Origin: a virus
Taxonomy: Duplodnaviria; Caudoviricetes
Virus record (IMG/VR): IMGVR_UViG_3300037408_000071
Location: 1-37,362 of that record
DNA: 37,362 bases
Strand: one strand, 5' to 3'
The notes beneath the pieces are model-generated. The model searched no databases. It was not told the DNA's origin and saw only the letters and a list, made by a program, of their open reading frames with translations. Of this stretch, positions 1 to 8,013 are shown in pieces. The position numbers were made by a program, and so were the translations under genes. How positions within the stretch are numbered: the stretch's first letter is position 1; each line of letters opens with the position of its first letter.

Positions 1-1
1 T

Positions 2-3000
2 GACCGGGGCCAGCGCACGGGCGACGAGCGCCGCCTTGGCATCGGCCTCCGTTTCATAGGTGCCCGCCTCGTACCAGTGCTGGGCGCCTTCGTCGCGGAT
101 CTTCGCCTTGAACTTGCCGGTCGCCTCGTCCTTGGTGATGTCCCATTCGCCAGGCTGCCACTTGAAGGCAAGATCCCCATTCTCGTTGCGCTGCACCTGC
201 GGCACGCCCATGAAATCGGCGACGCGCGGGGATCGCTGGGCGACGACGTTGACCGGGCGGCCCGTGGCGATCTTCGGGACCGGGAAGCGACGGCCCTGCG
301 CCTCCTCCTGTCCCTTCAAGTCCTCGAGCGTGATGGTGTCGGCGAACGAGTTGTAGAGCGCCATGAGCGCCGGCAGGTTGGCGAACTTGGAGAAGCGGTT
401 GCTCTGCCGGTAGCCAACGCCCGAGGGCTTCACCTCGTAGACGTGCTCGACTTCGCCGAACTGCGCCGCCCACGCATCGAACACATGCAGATCGAGCCCC
501 TTGAGGGTCTGGTACTGCATGTACCGCTGCATGGTGTACATCTCGACCAGGGAGTTGCTGACCGGGGTGCCGGTCGCCGTCACGAGCAGCGCCTTCGGCC
601 CGAGAGTATCGGTGAGCCAGCGCAGTTTCACGAACAGATCGAACGCCTTGGCCGAGCCTGCGGGGTTGCCCATGCCGGCCGTGCGGTCCATGCGCGAGTT
701 GTAAAACAGGTTCTTGAACTCGTGCATTTCATCGATGAACACGCCGTCGATGCCGAGTTCGTCAAAGGACAGCACGTTGTCGCGGGTGCCGCGCGCGTTG
801 GCGCGCTCCTGCATCTTGGCCTGCAAGTTCTTCTTGATCCGCTCCATGTCGCGCAGGATGTGGCGGTCGCCGCGTTCGGTTTTCAGTTGCTCGATGGCGT
901 TGGAGATTTCCTCGATCTGCTCCTCGAATATCGCCTGCTCGGTGGCATCCGGCAGCGGGATCTTCTTGAGGGAGGAGTGGCCGACGACGACCGCATCCCA
1001 GTCGCCCGTGGCGATCTTGGAAAAAAACCTCTCGCGGTTGCCCTTGGAGAAGTCGTCCGGTTCGGCGACGAGAATGTATGCGCTCGGGTAGAGCTTGTAG
1101 AACTCCTGCCGCCATTGCAGCGTCAGGTGGTTCGGAACGACGAACAGGGGCTTGCGCGCGATACCTAAGCGCCGGGCCTCCATGGCAAGTGTTGCCATCT
1201 GGAACGTCTTGCCGGCGCCGACGACGTGATCGTAGAGCACCTGACGCGCTTGCAGTCCGCGCCACACACCGTTCTTCTGGTGCGCGAGCAGGGTCACGGC
1301 GGGGCTCATGCCGGGGAAGGTCATGTGCGAGCCGTCGAACTTGCGCGGCACGATGCGGTTCAACTTTTCGTTGTAGAGACGGGCAACTTCGGCCGCCCGC
1401 TCCGGGTCGCCCCACAGCCATGCCTTCCACTCGGCCTTCATCGCCGACTGCTTCTCGCGCGCGAGTTCGGTCTCGCGCTCCTTGACGAAGGTCGTGGTCG
1501 ATCCGTCGGAGTGGCGGACGGTTTCCTTCACGACGACACCGCGCCCGCTCATCGAGTGGTCGAATATCTCGACGGCCGTCATTTCGCGGATGCCGTACTT
1601 GCCCTCGTTAAGCGACGGGTCGGCATAGCCGGTCTGGTCGATGAACCACTGGCCGGCGCCGTAGCGGATCGTGAAGTCGCGCCCGCTGACGTGCTTGCCG
1701 AACGCCTCGTAGATCGCTGGCGGGAGGAAGTTCGCGCCCAACTGCACGCTGATTTCGCTCGGCCCCTTGTCGCGCGGGATGACTTTCGTCAGTGCTTCGG
1801 CGTTGCGCTGGTAGGCCGGGTCGCCCTTGGCGGCCGCCTCGGCTTCGGTGAGCTTGGTCTTCACGTCTCCGGACAGGTACTCGTCGGCCGTGACGAGCCC
1901 GGCCTGCGGATCGCGGAAGATCGTATCGCCCAACTCGGCCTCGATTTCCTCGGCCGACTTTTCGGGGAAGACGCGCGCCATGTACTCAAGATCGACCGCG
2001 CCCTTGTAGTTGAGGCTCGCGAGGAGCGCATCCTGGGCCGAGGCGACCTTGATGTTGTCGGACGGCGGAAAGAGCACGCGCCGTTGCAGGATGTCGGCTT
2101 TCTTGGCGCTCGGGTCGCGCGCATCGATGCCGTCCCGCTCGGCGATGGCCTTGGAAATGCCGCGGTCAAAGTCGAACTCGAGCGCGAGCAGAAGCGGCGC
2201 CTCGGTGTCGTGGATGAACACGCGCCGGTTGGTGGGCGAGTTGAGGTGTCCGTTCTTTTTGAGGAACGCATCGTAGCGGCCGTTCAGACGCTTGCGGTTC
2301 TCCTCGATCTGCGTCTCGGTCGCATCGGCCGATCGCTCGAGGCGAATTTGGCTGCGCAGCAGGTCGCGCAATTCAATCATGCCTTTCATGCGCTCGGCAG
2401 CCCGCGCGTTCGGCGGGTTCCAGACTTCGGCCGTGCGCTCGCCCAAATGGCCGGTGCCGCGCTGGCGCACGTTGCCCTGTCCATCCACGAAGAACGAGCC
2501 GACCTTGAGGCCGTCGGGCACTTCGTAGTTGGCCGCGCTCATTTCCTCTGTGCGGTTGATCGGCGTATAGACGGCCGGGAGCGCCTTGGCCCACTCTTTC
2601 AGTTTCCCCTGCCAGCCTTCGACCGGCTCGACCGTGTACTCGCCCGCGCGGTACATGGTGCCGCCCGCGCTCGGCGTGCCGAGCACGTTGGTGGGGTTCT
2701 CCACGAAGTAGGGGTTGACCCACGCTTTCGCCGTCTCGCCCGTCTTCGGGTCCGTCACGGACTGCTCGACCGGCGTCACCCAGGACGGCTTGCGCGGGGC
2801 TGCACCGTCGCGCCGCTGGAACACGAGGATGTCGGTGACGACTTCGGTCCCGGCGTTCTCCTTGAACGCGGTGTTTGGCAGGCGTACGGCGCTTACGAGG
2901 TCCGCCCGGTCGGCGATCCACTGCCGCGCAGTCTCGTTCTTCGCGTCCATGAAGCTGTGCGAGACGACCATCGTCAGCAGGCCGCCGGGCCGCAGCTTGT

Positions 3001-6000
3001 CGATACTCTTGGCAAAGAAGTAGTTGTGGATCGAGAAGCCGCTGTAGGGCGAGCGCGCATCGTCCACGATCGCCTCGCTGCCAAAGGGCGGGTTGCCGAT
3101 CGCAAGGTCGAAGTAGCCGCTCGGGATGTCGAACGCCTCGAAGCCGGATTGCTTGACCTTCGCGCTCGGGTAGAGCGCCGCGGCAATCTTCGCCGTCAAC
3201 GAGTCGAGTTCGACGCCGTGCAACTGCGAGTTGGTCCGCATTGACGGCGGCATGAGGCCGAAGAAGTTGCCGACGCCAACCGACGGCTCGAGCACCCGGC
3301 CCCGCTTGAAGCCCAACGCATCGAGCGCCGAGAACATCGCCTCGACCACGGTCTTCGAGGTGTAGTGCGCGTTCAAAATCGACGCGCGCGCGGCCTTCCA
3401 CTCGGCCTCCGTCAGCAGCCCCTTGAGTTCGGCGTGCTGCTTTGCCCAAGTCTTGTTGTTGGGGTCGAACACGCCCTTGAGCGCGCCCCAACCGACGTAC
3501 TTGGCAATCGCGGCCCGTTCTTCGGGCGTGGCGATGCGCTGTTCCGCCTCCATCGCGCGCAGGATGCGGATGGCCGCGATGTTGTCGCGGTACTTCTGCG
3601 TGAGGGAACCCTTGCCGAGGTCGGTATCGGCGAGGGAGTGGTCGGTCAGCCCAGCGTCGGTGGGGCCGGACTCAGGCCGTACAGTTCCGCTATCTCGTGG
3701 CGCGCGAGGTGATCGTTCCCCGGCTGGCTGTACACGTCCAGTTCCTGCTTCTCCTGCTCCCGCAGTGTCTCCAGGTACGCCCCGTCCTCGATCAGGGACG
3801 CGACCGACTTCGGCCAGCCCAGCATCCACCTGTTCGCGATCTCCGTCGCGAGCGGCGTCATCAACCGGAGTTGCTCTCGGATCTCCGGCGGGTAGCTGTT
3901 CGGTTTCAGTAGCGTTTGCATCTGCGTCTCCATTCTGCGCCGGACTTGGCTCCGCGTCCACCGCGGGCGCCTCGGACAGCAGCGCGTCAACATTCAGTGC
4001 AGCCAGTTCGCCGACCGGGGTCATTTCCGAGGCAAAGGCCTCGGCACGCGGGTCGAAAGCGAGTGCCGCGTACCATGACTTCAAGTAGGGTTTCACAATG
4101 TCGCCGAGGTCGCCGACCATCGCTTTGGCGTAGGCGGCAAAGGTCCGTGCGCCCTTCTCGACGTGGTAGCCAGCCAGTGTGATGCCGGCCTGCACCAGTT
4201 CCGGATCAAGCCCGGCATTTGCCTGGCCGAGCTTGGCCCGCAGGATCGCTCGAGCCTTTTCGGCGGCGTCCTCAGTGAAGATCGTATTGGGTGACGGAGT
4301 CGGTGCCTCGGCTGAGGTTTCGTCGGGGACTGGCGCCGCAATGTTGGCGCGGTCCCACCCTTGGAGCCATTTCTTTGCCGCTGGGCCTTTGGTCCAGTCT
4401 GGCGGCACTCGCGGCTTCCCTTCCTGGAACGCTGACCATCCGGCCGCCTCCGGCCCTGTCGCCCCCAGCGGGTCTTTCGCCTTCGGCGCCTCATCCTTCG
4501 GCTTGTTCCTCGCCGCCCATTCCTCGGGCGTCCAAGCGCGTCCGTTGTAGGTGATGTGCGCGACGATCGCCCCGGTGGAATCCTTGACCTCGAGGTTACT
4601 GCCAATCTCGCTCGCGCCCGCGGCGCTACGATCGCGGAACTCAGCCCACTTGGCTTGCGCATCTTCGACGCTGGCTACCGCATGCCGCCGCCCGTTCCAT
4701 TCGACGTACAGCGATCGGGCGGGCGGGGTTACTTCCTCGGCAGCATTGGCGGTTTCGGTTTCCGCGATTGCTTGCGTTGGTTTCGCGGTTGTAGGCGTCT
4801 GCGCTGGCTTCTTGTGGTCGCCGCTGGCCAGCCATTCCTTGAACTGCTCGGGCGTGAACTTGGCGATGCCGAGAAGGTTGTTCTCCATCTTCCGGCCGAG
4901 CTTGCCGCTAAACGACTCGCGATACGCCTTGCGTGCCGCGTCGATGTCAGCGTAACCCATGAAGGTCTTGTGCTCGTCAAACTTGCCGGAACCGGCATCA
5001 GCTTGGTTGAACACGAAGATCGGGCGCGAGGTGTCGTCGGGCGCATCGCCCAGCGTCACGTCGATGTGGTCTTTGTCCTTGCCGACCGTGCCCTTGATGT
5101 ACCCGTAGTGGCCGGGCATGACCGTGGACCACGGCTTGCCGTCCTTGCTGACGCCTTTGCGCTCGCTGCCCTTGGGGTTCTCGATGCTGATGTCGAGGCC
5201 CTGAACGCGGACCCTTCCGACCTTGTAATTCCCCGCTTCTTTCTGAGCTTGCGTCGGTTCTGGTCGATCATTCAGAGGGGATGTAGCTGCTTCATGGGCC
5301 GCCGCATCAATCCCTGTCGTAATACTCGCTCGAGGGGCGCCCCCCTGCGAATCCGCTCCCGAAGCGTCCGCACTCTGATTCCCAGGTGGCGAGCCCACTC
5401 CGGCACGGCCATCGTTACCCCGTTGTGCGTCAGGAATTTCGAGTCCCGACGATAAGGGAGTCGGCCCAGCGTCGCCGCTCGCTCCGGGTCGAGTCCCTGC
5501 CGTAACACCCGTTGTCGGAATGTCATCGGCGGCACTCCCGCCAGTCTCGCCGCCTCCTGTACGGTCATCCGCTGACCACGAAACTCCACGATCCGGCAAA
5601 ACCTCCGGTTCGCCGCTTGCTGCTGCGCGGTCGCCCACCGGCAATTCGCCGGCTCGTAGTGGCCGTTCGGGTCGATTCTGTCCAGCGACATCAGCGGCGC
5701 CGGACGCGGTCCCATATCTGTCAGGAAGTGGGCGAAGCTCTCCGTCCACCGCCGGCAGACCTTGATCCCTCTGCCCCCGTACTCCGCGTATATCCGCAGA
5801 TTTTGATCCCGGCACCGACGGATCATCCACCGATACGTTCGGTACTCGGCCGGGAACTTCCGCGTTAGGCCTGTTCGCTTGTTCATGTCCCTTATTGTAA
5901 CGGCTGCCGCCTTGCTCGGCATCCTCCAAAAGAGGCGCCGCCTCCTGCGCTGGTCCGTTGGTAGCAGCGACAGGAGACGGCGCCAAGGGGGGGGCGGTCG

Positions 6001-7954
6001 CCGGAGCGGGTTCGGGGGCGGCCGGGCCGCCGTCGAGCACGGGGCCGAGCACTTCCTCGGCCGGAATCGGGCCCTCGGGGCTCGTCGGGCCAGCCGGACG
6101 CGGACCACCGCCTGCCGGGGGCGGTGTCGGGCCGCCAGCCGGGGGCGGCGTAGCGGGTCCGGTCTGCGGGTTCGTGGGTGCCGGCGAAACGGTCGGCTGG
6201 CCGCGCAGGTTGGCCGCTGCCTGGCGCGCGCGCTCGGCATGGGCTGCGAGTGCGCCGGAGCCAGCGCCCGGAGTAGCGCCTCCTATTGCGCCCAGGACGG
6301 CGTTCGGGAAGCTGCCCGCCATGACGTCGCGCTCGGTGCCGGCGCCGACGTTGATGCCCTGTTCGGTCGCAATGCCTTCGCCGGTTTCCTGCAGGCCTTC
6401 CTCGATGGCGCTCGCCGTGCCGCGCAGCGCCATGTTACCGACGTAGGATCCGCCGACGAGGCCCGCGCCCAGGCGAACCGCTGGCGAGAGGATCGCGCCC
6501 GTGGCGGCGCCGCCGGCCGCCGAGACGGGCAGGGTGATGCGGAAGGCCCACTTGGCAGCCTCGGCCGCCGTCATCGCCTTGGCCTGCTCATGCCCGAGGC
6601 GTTCGCGCAGCTGGCGATAGTAGGACGACTCCTTGGCGAGCTCGGCCTCGTCCATGCCCTCGATCGTCTCGCGGGCCTGCTGCGCCGCTGCACCGCCGCC
6701 CTGCGCGCCACCGAGGCCGCCGGCGACCGCCACCTGGCCGGCAACCGGCAGGTTCTTGGTCAGCGCGACGCTGGCAATGATCGGCGCGAACTGGCCGAGG
6801 ATGACGGCGCCGTGCTGGATGTAGCCGCCCAGCGACGGATCCTGACCCATCGACCACGTCGCCGGGTCGCTGACGTCGCCCTCGGGCGTGGACTGCTGCT
6901 GCGCCATCTGGCTCGCGAGGCTGCGGCTGTCGAGCACGCCCTGGCTGTAGCCCTCGATGGCGTTTGCTGCCCCATCGAGCGGGTTGATCGGGGTGATTTC
7001 GGGGCCGCCCAGGGCGGCAATGCCAGCGGCGATCGGCTGCGCGCCCTCGCGCATCATTTCGCCCGCGCCGCGGACGGTCATGCCGACGCCCTGAATCGCG
7101 CCGCCGGCGATCGCCCGGCCTGCATCGCCGATGCGGCGCGCGAGGCTCGGGTTTGTGTCCTGATCGAACAGCTTGCGGGCCGCGGCCTGCTGGTCGGCGG
7201 GGATGCGCGGCGCGACCTCGTCCTGCCAGTACCGCTCGCGGATCTGCTCGCGGGTGTCGCTGTCGGCCTTGAGCCAGGCCTCATGCTGCACGACCTGATC
7301 CCACGTCATCGCCGGGCCGCCTGGCTCCGCGGTCTGCTGCGCCCGTTCCTCGACTACGGCTTTCTCGAGATCGACCGACGGCGCGGCGCGGCTCGCGTTG
7401 CGCTGCTGCTCGAGGTACTGCCACGGCGACATTGCGCCGCTCGGGGCCGTCGCGCGTGCCGGGCCCGTGACGCCCATGCGGGAAACGACCTCGTCGCCAT
7501 ACTGGCCGACGGTCGGCGCGCTCGGGTTGCGCGGGTCGCGACGGGATTCCTTACCGATCGCGCCGGGGCCGCCGTAGTAGCCCTGCGCGATCTTGCGCGG
7601 GTCGCCGCCGGTCTTCTCGGCCAGCATTTCGATGTAGGCGACGCCGGCCTCGGTGTTGTGCTCGGGGTTGTCCCAGCGATAGTTGGCCGGGATGCGCCCC
7701 TCACGCTGCATCTGCGCGAACGTCGTGTCTTTGACCTGCATGGGGCCGCGGACGTCGGACGAGTTCGGCTGCGACGTATCGGCAGCGCCGTAGCTGGATT
7801 CCTGCCCGTAGATCGAACGGGCCACGCCTGCCAGTCGCGTCGAGCCGCGGCGCTGCAGGATTCGATCGAGCGTATCGCCCGTTGTCGGCCCTTCGCCGCC
7901 CTGGTCGTTGTTGATGCCGCGCGAACGAAGGTACTCAGCGACCGTTTGGGCCAT
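2..7954 (-). CDS. Giant DarB-like polyvalent internal virion protein, >2650 aa, 3'-truncated by window edge (lytic transglycosylase, InPase-like domain, N6-adenine DNA methyltransferase, SNF2-type helicase)
   Basis: ATG at 7954 (MAQTVAEYLRSRG). The ORF track has no closed ORF in this frame below 7954, and I checked 5222-5940 by hand for stops (none). Motifs: GQESSYG...GPMQV (SLT, ~7470-7830); PTQAQKEAGNYK...HYGYIKGT.GKDKDHIDV (InPase-like, ~4810-5310); VLEPSVGVGNF (~3260-3295) and IGNPPF (~3083-3100) of an N6-MTase; DHVVGAGKT Walker A (~1205-1231); FIDEMH (~722-740); TGTPVSNS. Confidence 0.93.
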   Translation of the reverse strand, partial: MAQTVAEYLRSRGINNDQGGEGPTTGDTLDRILQRRGSTRLAGVARSIYGQESSYGAADTSQPNSSDVRGPMQVKDTTFAQMQREGRIPANYRWDNPEHNTEAGVAYIEMLAEKTGGDPRKIAQGYYGGPGAIGKESRRDPRNPSAPTVGQYGDEVVSRMGVTGPARATAPSGAMSPWQYLEQQRNASRAAPSVDLEKAVVEERAQQTAEPGGPAMTWDQVVQHEAWLKADSDTREQIRERYWQDEVAPRIPADQQAAARKLFDQDTNPSLARRIGDAGRAIAGGAIQGVGMTVRGAGEMMREGAQPIAAGIAALGGPEITPINPLDGAANAIEGYSQGVLDSRSLASQMAQQQSTPEGDVSDPATWSMGQDPSLGGYIQHGAVILGQFAPIIASVALTKNLPVAGQVAVAGGLGGAQGGGAAAQQARETIEGMDEAELAKESSYYRQLRERLGHEQAKAMTAAEAAKWAFRITLPVSAAGGAATGAILSPAVRLGAGLVGGSYVGNMALRGTASAIEEGLQETGEGIATEQGINVGAGTERDVMAGSFPNAVLGAIGGATPGAGSGALAAHAERARQAAANLRGQPTVSPAPTNPQTGPATPPPAGGPTPPPAGGGPRPAGPTSPEGPIPAEEVLGPVLDGGPAAPEPAPATAPPLAPSPVAATNGPAQEAAPLLEDAEQGGSRYNKGHEQANRPNAEVPGRVPNVSVDDPSVPGSKSADIRGVRGQRDQGLPAVDGELRPLPDRYGTASGAADVAGQNRPERPLRAGELPVGDRAAASGEPEVLPDRGVSWSADDRTGGGETGGSAADDIPTTGVTAGTRPGASGDAGPTPLSSGLEIPDAQRGNDGRAGVGSPPGNQSADASGADSQGGAPRASITTGIDAAAHEAATSPLNDRPEPTQAQKEAGNYKVGRVRVQGLDISIENPKGSERKGVSKDGKPWSTVMPGHYGYIKGTVGKDKDHIDVTLGDAPDDTSRPIFVFNQADAGSGKFDEHKTFMGYADIDAARKAYRESFSGKLGRKMENNLLGIAKFTPEQFKEWLASGDHKKPAQTPTTAKPTQAIAETETANAAEEVTPPARSLYVEWNGRRHAVASVEDAQAKWAEFRDRSAAGASEIGSNLEVKDSTGAIVAHITYNGRAWTPEEWAARNKPKDEAPKAKDPLGATGPEAAGWSAFQEGKPRVPPDWTKGPAAKKWLQGWDRANIAAPVPDETSAEAPTPSPNTIFTEDAAEKARAILRAKLGQANAGLDPELVQAGITLAGYHVEKGARTFAAYAKAMVGDLGDIVKPYLKSWYAALAFDPRAEAFASEMTPVGELAALNVDALLSEAPAVDAEPSPAQNGDADANATETEQLPAGDPRATPVDDAARDGDREQVDAGLAEVGRVPDRGRGVPGDTAGAGEAGTGRVQPAGERSPRAPRDSGTVRPESGPTDAGLTDHSLADTDLGKGSLTQKYRDNIAAIRILRAMEAEQRIATPEERAAIAKYVGWGALKGVFDPNNKTWAKQHAELKGLLTEAEWKAARASILNAHYTSKTVVEAMFSALDALGFKRGRVLEPSVGVGNFFGLMPPSMRTNSQLHGVELDSLTAKIAAALYPSAKVKQSGFEAFDIPSGYFDLAIGNPPFGSEAIVDDARSPYSGFSIHNYFFAKSIDKLRPGGLLTMVVSHSFMDAKNETARQWIADRADLVSAVRLPNTAFKENAGTEVVTDILVFQRRDGAAPRKPSWVTPVEQSVTDPKTGETAKAWVNPYFVENPTNVLGTPSAGGTMYRAGEYTVEPVEGWQGKLKEWAKALPAVYTPINRTEEMSAANYEVPDGLKVGSFFVDGQGNVRQRGTGHLGERTAEVWNPPNARAAERMKGMIELRDLLRSQIRLERSADATETQIEENRKRLNGRYDAFLKKNGHLNSPTNRRVFIHDTEAPLLLALEFDFDRGISKAIAERDGIDARDPSAKKADILQRRVLFPPSDNIKVASAQDALLASLNYKGAVDLEYMARVFPEKSAEEIEAELGDTIFRDPQAGLVTADEYLSGDVKTKLTEAEAAAKGDPAYQRNAEALTKVIPRDKGPSEISVQLGANFLPPAIYEAFGKHVSGRDFTIRYGAGQWFIDQTGYADPSLNEGKYGIREMTAVEIFDHSMSGRGVVVKETVRHSDGSTTTFVKERETELAREKQSAMKAEWKAWLWGDPERAAEVARLYNEKLNRIVPRKFDGSHMTFPGMSPAVTLLAHQKNGVWRGLQARQVLYDHVVGAGKTFQMATLAMEARRLGIARKPLFVVPNHLTLQWRQEFYKLYPSAYILVAEPDDFSKGNRERFFSKIATGDWDAVVVGHSSLKKIPLPDATEQAIFEEQIEEISNAIEQLKTERGDRHILRDMERIKKNLQAKMQERANARGTRDNVLSFDELGIDGVFIDEMHEFKNLFYNSRMDRTAGMGNPAGSAKAFDLFVKLRWLTDTLGPKALLVTATGTPVSNSLVEMYTMQRYMQYQTLKGLDLHVFDAWAAQFGEVEHVYEVKPSGVGYRQSNRFSKFANLPALMALYNSFADTITLEDLKGQEEAQGRRFPVPKIATGRPVNVVAQRSPRVADFMGVPQVQRNENGDLAFKWQPGEWDITKDEATGKFKAKIRDEGAQHWYEAGTYETEADAKAALVARALAPV
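3646..3921 (-). CDS. Small hypothetical protein (91 aa) nested in the +1 frame of the giant ORF
   Basis: GGAG upstream of ATG 3921. Product MQTLLKPNSYPPEIREQLRLMTPLATEIANRWMLGWPKSVASLIEDGAYLETLREQE... looks globular and helical, while the overlapping giant frame is a G/D/R/P/A-rich linker. Confidence 0.75.
   Translation of the reverse strand: MQTLLKPNSYPPEIREQLRLMTPLATEIANRWMLGWPKSVASLIEDGAYLETLREQEKQELDVYSQPGNDHLARHEIAELYGLSPAPPTLG
5272..5886 (-). mobile_element. HNH-type homing endonuclease gene (204 aa) nested in the +1 frame of the giant ORF
   Basis: Family motifs YGGRGIKVCRRW..F..F..DMGPRP...SLDRIDPNGHYEPANCRWAT..QQ..NRR, followed by two HTH-like repeats (MTVQEAARLAGV..., MAVPEWARHLGI...). 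Lower GC than flanks. ATG at 5886. Confidence 0.9.
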
Positions 7955-7985
7955 GGCTGCACCGCTCAGTTGAACGGTTGCAGCC
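7955..7985 (-). promoter_or_regulatory. RBS-occluding hairpin directly upstream of the giant ORF start
   Basis: Minus strand GGCTGCA-A-CCGTTC-AACT-GAGCGG-TGCAGCC-ATG: 13 bp (one G-U) with a 1-nt bulge, abutting the ATG. Confidence 0.6.
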
Positions 7986-8011
7986 TATCGACGGGCCGCG
8001 CAGTTGGAGCG
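7982..8011 (-). promoter_or_regulatory. Putative phage late promoter, copy A
   Basis: CGCTCCAACTG-N13-TAGGCT in the intergenic gap before the giant ORF; one of five copies with identical spacing. Confidence 0.75.
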
Positions 8012-8013
8012 GT

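Noticed and set aside
4093-5271. Other +1-frame ORFs inside the giant gene (4093-4662, 4729-5046, 5056-5271) as further nested genes
   Set aside because: Arg/Ser/Pro-rich off-frame composition, and they overlap regions where the giant frame carries the real domains.
5887-6240. N-terminal 118 aa of the 322-aa ORF in the track
   Set aside because: Arg/Pro-rich off-frame read of the giant gene's linker; the HNH family sequence begins at ATG 5886.
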